Positions 52,062 through 64,000 of a DNA stretch of 64,000 bases are shown piece after piece. The DNA comes from Octopus sinensis (taxonomy: Eukaryota). The notes below the pieces were generated by a model. That model saw only the letters and a program-made list of their open reading frames with translations, did not search any database and was not told the DNA's origin. The first letter of the stretch is position 1. Each line of letters starts with the position of its first letter. The stretch spans positions 26,350,001 through 26,414,000 of the forward strand of contig NC_043012.1 of the NCBI RefSeq assembly GCF_006345805.1. The letters run 5' to 3'. Position numbers and translations under genes: made by a program.

Positions 52062-52112
52062 TTTGCCAAAATATTTTCGTCACTTTCAGACCGCGACCTG
52101 TTCACTGACAAA
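52062..52112 (-). ncRNA. Minimal type I hammerhead with non-canonical G3-C8 core
   Basis: UUUGUCA-GUGAACA-G-GUCGC(GGUCUGAAA)GUGAC-GAA-AAUAUU-U-UGGCAAA. Confidence 0.6.
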
Positions 52113-52123
52113 ATTCCGAGATA

Positions 52124-52314
52124 GAACTTATTCTTTGTAAGCCTAGTACTTATTCTATAGGGCTTCTTTCAGTTTCCGTCTATCAAATCCACTCACAAGG
52201 CTTTGGGCGACCGAGGCTATAGAAGAAGAGCACTTACCCGAGGTTCAGTGGGACTGAACCCGGAACTATATGGTTAGTAAGCAAGCTACTTACCATACAG
52301 CCACTCCCGCGCCT
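52124..52314 (-). mobile_element. SINE group A with internal deletion
   Basis: Tail fragment fused directly to the head segment. Confidence 0.75.
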
Positions 52315-52721
52315 ATACACACACACAACACACACACACACACACACTGCGCGCGCTAGGTGATGCTGAAAAGTTCCTGGCTTTAAGGGTAACGCGAAAA
52401 TCTAGATGGAGATTCAAAAGTATATCCATTTATTCCAATAGTTTGTTGAGCTTTGTTCTCTGAGAAATAAGAATAAAATATAATTGCTGAACACACTAAA
52501 CAGATGAAACTAACAACTGGAGTCAGCAATTTGCATTCATTTATTAATCCTTCTGAAATTGTTAAGCATTGTACAAAGTGAACATGAAAAAAAAAAACAC
52601 TGCTACATTTTCCCTGCTAAATGCATTCTTACTCCTTCGCAAAAATATGTTAAAATGCTTCATCGAAAAATCTCAAAATTTCTTAAAATGAATAAAGTGA
52701 AAGATATTACTTTTTTTTGCC

Positions 52722-53329
52722 TACTGTAGGCACAACGCTCTAAATTTTGGTGGAGGGGGAGTCGATTAGATTGACCCCAGTTCGCAACTGGTACTTAATT
52801 TGTCGACCCCGTAAGGATGAAAGGCAAAGTCGACTTCGGCGGAATTTGAACTCAGAATATAAAGACAGACGAAATATTGTTAAGCATTTCACCCGGCGTG
52901 CTAACGTTTCTTATTTCTTTATTGCCCACAAGGGGCTAAACACAGAGGGGACAAACAAGGACAGACAAACGGATTAAGTCGATTACATCGACTCCAGTGC
53001 GTAACTGGTACTTAATTTATGGACCCCGAAAGGATGAAAGGCAAAGTCGACCTCGGCGGAATTTGAACTCAGAACGTAGAGGCAGACGAAATACCTATTT
53101 CTTTACTACCCACAAGGGGCTAAACAAAGAGAGGACAAACAAGACACGAGCAACGGATTAAGTCGATTATATCGACCCCAGTGCGTAACTGGTACTTCTT
53201 TAATCGACCCCGGAGGGATGAAAGGCAAAGCAGACCTCGGCGGAATTTGAACTCAGAACGTAACGGCAGACAAAATACCGCTGAGCATTTCGCCCGACGT
53301 GCTAACGTTTCTGCCAGCTCACCGCCTTT
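52722..53329 (-). mobile_element. Three stacked SINE group C copies
   Basis: One full copy (~53096-53329) followed on the minus strand by two 5'-truncated copies (~52912-53095, ~52722-52911). Confidence 0.85.
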
Positions 53330-54385
53330 GGAAGACATTTTTTTTTGACAAAATCAACAGCAATGCCCCTTCGTTTTGGATTCAGAAAGGGGAAATGAGC
53401 ATCAGAAAACAATGCGAAACAGATCTGATATTAAAAAAAAAAAGTTTGCTTAAGAAATAAGTTTTAAAATATTTAAAATAACTTTAGAAATTCTTTAAGA
53501 GTTTCGAAAAATGTTGCAAAACACTAAAGAATTCAATTCATCGGACAACACGAAAATTGTATTTACAACGAATGGCACACATTGTAAGGATTATTGTACG
53601 GTAATATCGCAAACATTTACAAATAAGTAAATAAATAAAGAATAAAACAAACTTCTCAAAGAATCTGCTGACAAACAACACAATTCTTTAAATCTAGAAG
53701 TCAAAGAATAGCTACTAACTTTGAAATGGATAAGAGAATAAAATATTTAGGTTGAGTTAAAAGATAAGACCAATTATTTTTATGTAGTCAAAAATGTAAG
53801 GTAAAATGAATGAAGAAGTATAGTCAGCAACAACGCTCTATATTCTATTATTCATAAGATTTACAACTAAATTCTCATCCATTATCGAATGATAGTGTTT
53901 CCGCCATGATGTGGTTCTATGCTATTAATAATAAATATCATTGAAAATTTCGAAAACCTGATATAATAGAATTTCGTCCCTCTATAATGAATAAACGCTT
54001 TAAAATTCTTTGTCTTTTGTTTGTAATTTTGTTTTAATCAGAGAATCTGATATGATTATTATATGCAGGCGGAAATCTATTTATTGACAAATAATTTTGG
54101 ATTGAAAAGAACGCCGATGAGTGTCTCTGTGATGGAGCAGAATTATCTTAAATTATAAGATTTCTATTCTAAGCTTTCAAAACTAAATATCCTCTGCATT
54201 TTAGCTTGGTTTCTACCAGAAGATGGTTTAATAATCTCTCTTAATATGAAGGATAAATAAGAATTAGATACACTTAGAAAAGTGTTATGGATACATTTAA
54301 ATGATTAAATCTAATGAATAATGGTTGTTACTAATCTTAGTGTTGCTAATTTTCTGAATGTCCAGTTGAATTTACACAATAATTA

Positions 54386-54547
54386 GGCGAAGGAGTGGCT
54401 GTGTGGTAAGTAGATTGCTTACGAATCACATGGTTCCGGGTTCAGTCCCACTGCGTGGCACCTTAGGCAAGTGTCTTCTACTATAGCCACGGGACGACCA
54501 AGGCTTTGTGAGTGGATTGGTAGATGGAACTGAAAGAAGCTCGTCGT
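54386..54547 (+). mobile_element. SINE group A head; its tail is probably at 61905-62105
   Basis: GGAGTGGCTGTGTGGTAAG..GGGTTCAGTCCC..GGCAAGTGTCTT followed by (AT)n. Confidence 0.85.
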
Positions 54548-54548
54548 A

Positions 54549-54620
<72 letters not shown>

Positions 54621-54648
54621 TATACATATACATATATGTATATATATA

Positions 54649-55179
54649 TATAATCAAAATAAGCAACAAGGATATCCAAAGGTAATGCAGTACGATCGTT
54701 TCATGCGACTCCACTTAATTAAACAATGCAAGTATTATATCAGTTTTAAAATGTAGAGCAATCTTCAGCTGCATATAAATATAGAATTTAGTTAAATTGT
54801 AAAGATTGAAAAGATTCATTTTTATACCTATTCCATTTACCAACATCACAAAGAGGGTAAGTAGGTAGACAGAGAAACACGTTTCATCAACAGAAACATG
54901 GTAGTAATTAATATTTTTTCATGGAGGTACTGCTTATCATTGATTTTACTTTGTTATTTAGATTTACTATTGGGGGAGGGGGTTTAATACTATTCCATCA
55001 GGTCTAGTGGAGACAAGAATCTTTCTTTATCAAGTTCCCTTTGAAGAACTCAATTTGGTTCAGTTGAATATATTTCAGCTAAAACTGATGTAATACTTGC
55101 ATTGTTTAATTAAATGGAGTCGCATGAAACGACCGTACTGCATTACCTTTGGATATCCTTGTTGCTTAATTTGATTATA
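54649..55179. mobile_element. Element with ~100-bp terminal inverted repeats (PLE-like foldback or MITE)
   Basis: 54649-54748 is the reverse complement of 55080-55179. Confidence 0.7.
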
Positions 55180-55273
55180 ATCACCCCATTTTTGAATTAT
55201 ATGGATAATACTATACCAAATTCTGGTGCTTTTAACTTAATACCATGTGCAACTGAATCTTAAATTTTTAATG

Positions 55274-55348
<75 letters not shown>

Positions 55349-55766
55349 CTCTATATATAAAACTGAAATGCGTTTTTACCGCTTGGTTCGCTTTCAATGC
55401 CACTACATCCCGTCCGATTCGCTCCAAAATTTACAGGGACATGTAGAATGAGGTGACGATGCGCGTGGGCTACCTTACAAATCCCTATCTCAAAAGGTGT
55501 GGTTGCTAGGGGCCATCTTCCTACCTCACCCTATCTCTCATCCAGTACTCTGTCACTCCTCTTCATTTGACAATGCAACTACCGTTATTTAATGTAAAGT
55601 CTTCCTCAAATCGCTCTGTAGCTATTTACTCTCTTCCAAGAACATTTTCACTCACTCTATCTCTTACCTTCCTATACATTTTACTCATGTATCTCTCAGC
55701 GTTCATGGACAGTAACAAATATTACTCGCCATCCCCATCGCCATCGCATTCTATTGTCTACCTGTC

Positions 55767-55810
<44 letters not shown>

Positions 55811-55912
55811 CATATATCTAATATTATATTTTTATTTTTGTTTTTGTTTTTGGTTTTTTACTGTTTCATTTCCCTATTAGTGGTTTTATCTCTAATTTAA
55901 TTTCTACAGCGT

Positions 55913-55947
<35 letters not shown>

Positions 55948-56204
55948 TACACCTATATGTAGCCCCAGTACACCCGAATGAAATCGGGTTCTCTTCATCA
56001 AAATGTGAAAAGGGGTCTACAATTATCATCGCCACAACTTATGTATGTCTTCCTCACTCACTCACTCTTTTTCCTAATGATAATTTTCATCGCCACCACC
56101 AACACCACCACCAACACACAATCTGGGCAATCTTTCTCTTATAACAAATCATGTTTACATTGCAACGACGTCTGCCACCTCCGCCGTCTCTATTTATTCT
56201 GCAA

Positions 56205-56446
56205 ATGACCAGAACTCGGGAAACTTAGTTTAGTGTTCTATGGTCTATGACCAGAACTCGGGAAACTTAGTTTAGTGTTCTATGGTCTATGACCAGAACT
56301 CGGGAAACTTGGTTGAGTGTTCTATGGTCTATGACCAGAACTCGGGAAACTTGCTTGACTATTCTATGGTCTATGACCAGAAATCGGGAAACTTGGTTGA
56401 GTGTTCTATGGTCTATGACCAGAACTTGGGAAACTTGGTTGAGTCC
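56205..56446. repeat. 42-bp minisatellite inside the Helitron (also 58348-58542, 60455-60648)
   Basis: Unit ATGACCAGAACTCGGGAAACTTGGTTGAGTGTTCTATGGTCT; ~5.7 units in copy 1, ~4.7 in copies 2 and 3. Confidence 0.95.
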
Positions 56447-57130
56447 TCATCTTATAAAATGTGGCCCCAGTAGACCCAAATGAAATCGGGTTATATTAAC
56501 CAAAAGGTGAAAAGGGGTATAAATGGGGCTGGAAGGGGATTAAAATTTAAAGGAGCGGGTGTTTAGCAATTCTCTGTTACATCAAGCTAAAAAATTTGCT
56601 CCAGCCTTTTAATCGTCAATGTGTTGCCGTCCATGATGAAGAAGTTTTGAATGGTTGCCATCGTGAGTCTACTGTCGTGAGAAAGAATCAAGTCAAAACT
56701 TGGTTTTTTGGGATTTTCTTTTACATCAAGTTCAAAATTTTACGCCAGCCGTTGAACTGTCAATACGTTGTTGTCCGTCGTTAAGAAATGCCAGCCATGG
56801 TGACTCTACTATCCTCAAATTCTATCCCTTCAAACTTTGGTTTCCAATATTTTATTATTTTTATTCAGCTCGCAAGTTCGTCTGTCCCTTTTAAATGTTA
56901 GTGTTTTGCTGTCTGTCTTGAAGCAGACCTTTCCTTTGTAACTGCCTGATATTTATGATTGATTTTCTAAATATTTTATTTCTCAACTTACTCAAGATCT
57001 TTTGTTGTTTATAAATGGGAGAGAGATACATAAAGATAGAGAGTAAGAGAAAGCGAGGGAGAGTCCGAGAGAAAGGAAGAGTAAGAGAGTGGGAAAGTGA
57101 GAGAGAAAGAGAAGAAACAAAGAGGGAGAA

Positions 57131-57448
57131 TCATCATCATCATCATCATCATCATCGTTTAACGTCCGTTTTCCGTGCTAGCACGGGTTGGACAGTTTGA
57201 CAGGGGTCTGGGAAGCCAGGAGGCTGCACCAGGCTCCAGTCTGATCTGCAGTGTTTTCGACAGGTGGATGCCCTTCCTAACGCCAACCACTCTGTGAGCG
57301 TAGTGGGTGCTTTTTTCTTGCCGCCTGCACAGGTGCCAGGGGGGCTGGCAGCGGCCACGTCGGTTGGTGCTTTTTACGTGCCACCAGCACAGAAGCCAGT
57401 CAAGGCGGCGCTGCAATCCGCCACGTTCGGATGGTGCTTTTTACGTGC
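57131..57448 (-). mobile_element. Retroposon 3' part (RTE-like tail, (GAT)n end) carried in each Helitron unit
   Basis: Minus strand ends ..CCAACCCGTGCTAGCACGGAAAACGGACGTTAAACGATGATGATG; internal ~50-bp subrepeats TGGTGCTTTTTACGTGC. Confidence 0.6.
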
Positions 57449-58078
57449 TGAAAGGAAGCAACAGAAAGTAACAACCACACTCTTACCCGCGCGTAGAGCG
57501 GGTCACCTTCAGCTAGTCTCTATATATAAAAACTGAATGCCTTTTTACCGCTTGGTTCGCTTTCAATGCCACTACATCCCGTCCGATTCGCTCCAAAATT
57601 TACACGGACATGTAGAATGAGGTGACGATGCGCGTGGGCTAATTTAGAAATCCCTATCTTAAAAGGTGTGGTTGCTAGGGGTCATCTTCCTACCTCACCC
57701 TATTTCCTCCAGTACTCTGTCACTCCTCTTCATTTGACAATGCAACTACCGTTATTTAATGTAAAGTCTTCCTCAAATCGCTCTGTAGCTATTTACACTC
57801 TCTTCCAAGAACATTTTCACTCACTCTATCTCTTACCTTCTATACATTTTACTCATGTATCTCTCAGCGTTCATGGACAGTAACAAATATTACTCGCCAT
57901 CCCCATCGCCATCGCTTCTATTGTCTACCTGTCAACACACACACACACATATATATACATATATCTAATATTATAATTTTTATTTTTATGTTTTTTGTTT
58001 TTGGTTTTTTACTGTTTCATTTCCCTATTAGTGTGTTTATCTCTAATTTAATTTCTACAAGCGTGCCCACACACACAA

Positions 58079-58109
<31 letters not shown>

Positions 58110-60151
58110 CTATATGTGGCCCCAGTACACCCGAATGAAATCGGGTTCTCTTCATCAAAATGTGAAAAGGGGTCTACAATTATCATCGCCACAACTTATG
58201 TATGTCTTCCTCACTCACTCTTTTTCCTAATGATAATTATCATCGCCACCACCACCAACACAATCTGGACAATCTTTCTCTTATAACAAATCATGTTTAC
58301 ATTGCAACGACGTCTGCCACTTTCCGCCGTCTCTATTTATTCTGCAAATGACCAGAACTCGGGAAACTTGGTTTAGTGTTCTATGGTCTATGAACCAGAA
58401 CTCGGGAAACTTGGTTGAGTGTTCTATGGTCTATGACCAGAACTCGGGAAACTTGCTTGACTGTTCTATGGTCTATGACAGAATCGGAAACTTGGTTGAG
58501 TGTTCTATGGTCTATGACCAGAACTTGGGAACTTGGTTGAGTCCTCATCTTATAAAATGTGGCCCCCAGTAGACCCAAATAAATCGGGTTATATTACCAA
58601 AAGTGAAAAGGGGTATAAATGGGGCTGGAAGGGGATTAAACTTAAAGGAGCGGGTGTTTAGCAATTCTCTGTTACATCAAGCTAAAAAATTTGCTCCAGT
58701 CTTTTAATCGTTAATGTGTTGCCGTCGATGATGAAGAAGTTTTCAATGGTTGCCATCGTGAGTCTACTGTCGTGAGAAAGAATCAAGTCAAAACTTGGTT
58801 TTTAGGGATTTTCTTTTACATCAAGTTCAAAATTTTACGCCAGCCGTTGAACTGTCAATACGTTGCTGTCCGTCGTTAAGAAATGCCAGCCATGGTGACT
58901 CTACTATCCTCAAATTCTATCCCTTCAAACTTTGGTTTCCAATATTTTATTATTTTTATTCAGCTCGCAAGTTCGTCTGTCCCTTTTAAATGTTAGTGTT
59001 TTGCTGTCTGTCTTGAAGCAGACCTTTCCTTTGTAACTGCCTGATATTTATGATTGATGTTTCTAAATATTTTATTTCTCACTTACTCAAGATCTTTTGT
59101 TGTTTTTATAAATGGAGAGAGATACAAAAGATAGAGTAAGAGAAAGCGAGGGAGAGTCCGAGAGAAAGGAGAGTAAGAGAATGGGAAAGTGAGAGAGAAA
59201 GGAGAAAGAAACAAAGAGGGAGAATCATCATCATCATCATCATCGTTAACGTCCGTTTTCCGTGCTAGCACGGTTTGGACAGTTTGACAGGGGTCTGGGA
59301 AGCCAGGAGGCTGCACCAGGCTCCAGTCTGATCTGGCAGTATTTCGACAGGTGGATGCCCTTCCTAACGCCAACCACTCTGTGAGCGTAGTGGGTGCTTT
59401 TTTCGTGCCGCCTGCACAGGTGCCAGGGGGGCTGGCAGCGGCCACGATCGGTTGGTGCTTTTTACGTGCCACCAGCACAGAAGCCAGTCAAGGCGGTGCT
59501 GCAATCCGCCACGTCGGATGGTGCTTTTTACGTGCTGAAAGGAAGCAACAGAAGTAACAACCACACTCTTACTTACCCGCGCGTAGAGCGGGTCACCTTC
59601 AGCTAGTCTCTATATATAAAACTGAAATGCCTTTTTACCGCTTGGTTCGCTTTCAATGCCACTACATCCCGTCCGATTCGCTCCAAAATTTACACGGACA
59701 TGTAGAATGAGGTGACGATGCGCGTGGGCTACTTTAGAAATCCCTATCTTAAAAGGTGTGGTTGCTAGGGGTCATCTTCCTACCTCACCCTATTTCCTCC
59801 AGTACTCTGTCACTCCTCTTCATTTGACAATGCAACTACCGTTATTTAATGTAAAGTCTTCCTCAAATCGCTCTGTAGCTATTTACTCTCTTCCAAGAAC
59901 ATTTTCACTCACTCTATCTCTTACCTTCCTATACATTTTACTCATGTATCTCTCAGCGTTCATGGACAGTAACAAATATTACTCGCCATCCCCATCGCCA
60001 TCGCATTCTATTGTCTACCTGTCAACACACACACACACATATATATACATATATCTAATATTATATTTTTATTTTTATGTTTTTGTTTTTGGTTTTTTAC
60101 TGTTTCATTTCCCTATTAGTGGTTTTATCTCTAATTTAATTTCTACAGCGT

Positions 60152-60206
<55 letters not shown>

Positions 60207-61760
60207 TATGTGGCCCCAGTACACCCGAATGAAATCGGGTTCTCTTCATCAAAATGTGAAAGGGGTCTACAATTATCATCGCCACAACTTATGTATGTCT
60301 TCCTCACTCACTCACTCTTTTTTTTCCTAATGAATTATCATCATCGCCACCACCAACACCACCACACACAATCTGGACAATCTTTCTCTTATAACAAATC
60401 ATGTTTACATTGCAACGACGTCTGCCACTTCCGCCGTCTCTATTTATTCTGCAAATGACCAGAACTCGGAAACTGGTTTAGTGTTCTATGGTCTATGACC
60501 AGAACTCGGGAAACTTGGTTGAGTGTTCTATGGTCTATGACCAGAACTCGGGAAACTTGCTTGACTATTCTATGGTCTATGACCAGAAATCGGAAACTTG
60601 GTTGAGTGTTCTATGGTCTATGACCAGAACTGGGAAACTTGGTTGAGTCCTCATCTTATAAAATGTGGCCCAGTAGACCCAAATGAAATCGGGTTATATT
60701 AACCAAAAGGTGAAAAGGGGTATAAATGGGGCTGGAAGGGGATTAAATTTAAAGGAGCGGGTGTTTAGCAATTCTCTGTTACATCAAGCTAAAAATTTGC
60801 TCCAGCCTTTTAATCGTCAATGTGTTTGCCGTCGATGATGAAGAAGTTTTCAATGGTTGCCATCGTGAGTCTACTGTCGTGAGAAAGAATCAAGTCAAAA
60901 CTTGGTTTTTAGGGATTTTCTTTTACATCAAGTTCAAATTTTACGCCAGCCGTTGAACTGTCAATACGTTGCTGTCCGTCGTTAAGAATGCCAGCCATGG
61001 TGACTCTACTATCCTCAAATTCATCCCTTCAAACTTTGGTTTTCCAATATTTTATTATTTTTATTCAGCTCGCAAGTTCGTCTGTCCCTTTTAAATGTTA
61101 GTGTTTTGCTGGCTGTCTTGAAGCAGACCTTTCCTTTGTAACTGCCTGATATTTATGATTGATGTTTCTAAATATTTTATTTCTCAACTTACTCAAGATC
61201 TTTTGTTGTTTATAAATGGGAGAGAGATACATAAAGATAGAGAGTAAGAGAAAGCGAGGGAGAGTCCGAGAGAAAGGAAGAGTAAGAGAATGGGAAAGTG
61301 AGAGAGAAAGGAGAAAGAAACAAAGAGGGAGAATCATCATCATCATCATCATCGTTTAACGTCCGTTTTCCGTGCTAGCACGGGTTGGACAGTTTGACAG
61401 GGTCTGGGAAGCCAGGAGGCTGCACCAGGCTCCAGTCTGATCTGGCAGTGTTTCGACAGGTGGATGCCCTTCCTAACGCCAACCACTCTGTGAGCGTAGT
61501 GGGTGCTTTTTTCGTGCCGCCTGCACAGGTGCCAGGGGGCTGGCAGCGCCACGATCGGTTGGTGCTTTTTACTTGCCACCAGCACAGAAGCCAGTCAAGC
61601 GTGCTGCAATCCGCCACGGTCGGATGGTGCTTTTTACGTGCTGAAAGGAAGCAACAGAAAGTAACAACCACACTCTTACCCGCGCGTAGCGGGGTCACCT
61701 TCAGCTAGTATATATAATATATATATATATATAATATATATACATATCACATTATACATA

Positions 61761-61805
<45 letters not shown>

Positions 61806-61809
61806 CTAT

Positions 61810-61860
<51 letters not shown>

Positions 61861-61904
61861 GTGTGTATGTGGTGTGTGTGTTGTGTATGTGTGTGAATAT
61901 GTTT

Positions 61905-62105
61905 TGTGTTCTGTGTTGTCCTTCCAGCATCGCTTGACAACCGATACTGGTGTGTTTACGTCCCCGTAACTTAGCGGTTCGCCAAAAGAGACCGATAGAA
62001 TAAGTACTAGGCTTACAAAGAATAAGTCCTGGGGGGGTCGATTTGCTCGACTAAAGGCGGTGCTCCAGCATGGCCACTGAAGCAAGTAAAAGAGTAAAAG
62101 AGAAT
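61905..62105 (+). mobile_element. SINE group A tail
   Basis: Preceded by (AT)n(GT)n; GCTTGACAACCGATACTGG..GGCGGTGCTCCAGCATGGCC..GTAAAAGAGTAAAAGAG. Confidence 0.85.
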
Positions 62106-62114
62106 ACCTTAGAT

Positions 62115-62285
62115 AGGCGCTGGCGTGGCCGCGTGGTAGGAAGATTGCAGCGCCCCAATCACATGGTTCTAGGTTCAACTCCATGCGAATCACGTTGGGC
62201 GAGTGTCTTATATATAGCCTTGGGCCGACCAATGTCAGTTTTGTGAGTGGATTTGGTAGACGGAAACTAGACGACCGTCGTATAT
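62115..62285 (+). mobile_element. SINE group A head, diverged
   Basis: Homology to 54386-54547. Confidence 0.7.
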
Positions 62286-62324
62286 ACGCACACACAAGAT
62301 TATATATATGTGTGTGTATCCCAT

Positions 62325-63114
62325 TTCATGAATTCCTTTTTATATACATATGGTGGTGTACTTACACTTTGGTCTCATATATATAAGTATATAGTATATA
62401 TATATATATATATATAAATTTTGTACGACTCTGTTATTCTTTCATTCTTTCTTTCTATCAGCCCCTTCACAATTACTTCGTTCTTTCCACTCTTCTTTCT
62501 TTCGTTCCCCCTCTCACATTTCCTGGCTTTCTCTTCCTTCTCCCCTCCCCTCCTCTTTCATTTCACTCTCTCCCTTTCTTTTTCTCGTCCCTCCCTAATT
62601 CTTCTATCCCTCTGCCTCTGTCTCTCTCTTCTCTCTCCACATGACCAATGTTCGGCCAAGCCTGACCTTTCTTTCTTGGTTCGACTACCATCAGTTCAAC
62701 ATCGTGTCATCCCATATGTCCTTGCCGTAAGGTTTCACTTTCATATATGTCAGCTTAATTTAATTCGTCCTTAGTCGAAAGACACCTGTTGTTATGTCCT
62801 GTTATTTGTGTTTGCATTTGTGAACCATTTCTCCGTTTTTTCATTCTTGTTTTCGTATACATTCATTGCTTTCTTCCAAGGAATCTAATGCTCTTAGCTT
62901 AGTTGGGGCTGGCCAGATTGGAGCAACCTCTAGTATAACCAGCTGAAATTGCAAAGATAATCTGGGACTCGACTGAGGAAAGAAAACTTCGAATGACCCA
63001 TCCGTGTTTTTCTTTGTCCCTCTTTTGTATCATCTTCCTGGTTGTTTTGTTGTCCCTTTTTTGTATTCCTTTTTATATACATATGGCGGCGTACGTACAC
63101 TTTGGTCTCTTATA

Positions 63115-63120
<6 letters not shown>
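62325..63120 (+). mobile_element. Repeat with ~55-bp direct terminal repeats (PLE pLTR-like)
   Basis: ATTCCTTTTTATATACATATGG..TACACTTTGGTCTC at ~62332-62376 and ~63065-63109; interior homologous to 6210-6470. Confidence 0.5.
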
Positions 63121-63147
<27 letters not shown>

Positions 63148-63227
63148 TGTATTTCAGGACGGTCACACGCACTATATATTCGTTCATCACTCGCTTATTA
63201 CTGTCTTTATTTTAACTGATGCCTGTT

Positions 63228-63272
63228 GTTTGGAAATCTTTCGTCACACACCTGTGACTTCTTCAGCGACGC
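63228..63272 (-). ncRNA. Minimal hammerhead, core intact but stem I decayed
   Basis: GCGUCG-CUGAAGA-A-GUCAC(AGGUGU)GUGAC-GAA-AGAUUU-C-CAAAC. Confidence 0.45.
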
Positions 63273-63359
63273 TTTCCGTCCTCGTGTGTGCTCCTACTTC
63301 GCTTAGTCCATTCTGTTCTGCTATGATGAAACGCATGGGCGTATAAGGATACACATCCT

Positions 63360-63393
<34 letters not shown>

Positions 63394-63444
63394 TGTGTGT
63401 GTGTGTGTGTGTGTACGTGTGTGTGTGTGTGTACGTATGTGTGT

Positions 63445-63484
<40 letters not shown>

Positions 63485-64000
63485 AAACATGTAATAAGGT
63501 CGATTTGTTCGACGAAAACACTTCAAGGCGATGCCCCAGCATGGTCGCAGCCAATGACTGAAACAAATAAAAGATACAAGAAAAGATTAAAAAAATACCA
63601 TATCAGGTGACAAAAGAAAAACCGCATATGAGATGCACCCTAATTTCCCCAGCGCTTATTCAGGTAAAACGTTTTTTCTGTATTAAGCCATATCAGACGC
63701 TCACCTTTGCATATAAAACCCAAAGTGATTTTTTTGAGTAAAGGTTTTTTTTTTATATGCCACCAAATAGGATAATCACTTTAGAAAACCCCATGACAAA
63801 TTACTGTACAGTTCTAATTATCATCCGACTGTTTGAGAATACTTGTAGATGTTCATGTACGAAAAAGATAATGTATGTATGTATGTATGTATGTATGTAT
63901 GTATTATGTATGTATGTATGTATGTAGTATGTATGTATGTATGTATGTATGTATGTCTGCATGCATGCATGTATGTATGTATGTAGTATGTATGTATGAT

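Larger units (their letters stand above)
55348..61708 (+). mobile_element. Head-to-tail trimer of a ~2.1-kb non-autonomous Helitron (55348-57516, 57517-59606, 59607-61708)
   Basis: Each unit starts TCTCTATATATAAAA and ends with hairpin ACCCGC..GCGGGT + CTAG; junctions read CTAG|TC with no spacer; outer ends A55347 / T61709; no TSD. Confidence 0.92.

Noticed and set aside
56205-56446. 42-bp repeats as a CRISPR array
   Set aside because: Units are contiguous with no unique spacers, the context is eukaryotic and there are no cas genes
62965-63000. CTGAGGA-AAG(AAAA)CTT-CGAAT hammerhead-like string
   Set aside because: A15.1-U16.1 and stems I/III cannot be formed

Overview
AT-rich eukaryotic genomic DNA, almost entirely repeats. 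The tRNA-derived SINE families and dense AT/CA/CTAT/AAT microsatellites resemble octopod cephalopod DNA (recognition from memory, not a database result). No host gene can be called with confidence, and nearly all ORFs in the supplied track are microsatellite translations. The window holds three tRNA-headed SINE groups, decayed CR1/L2-type and R4-type LINE fragments, mariner relics, a TIR element with 4-bp TSDs, a single Helitron, a head-to-tail Helitron trimer (55348-61708), and a 100-N gap. The most striking signal is hammerhead ribozymes (HHRs). A ~486-bp tandem array (41766-44460) carries a complete type I hammerhead in each of six units and is split into two divergent arms, resembling a non-LTR retrozyme. 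Further HHRs lie in Penelope-like (PLE) inverted-repeat structures, including one with a swapped G3-C8 core pair and one element with a tRNA-Ile-like segment between two HHR-bearing arms. All structures were folded by eye and need covariance-model and biochemical confirmation.
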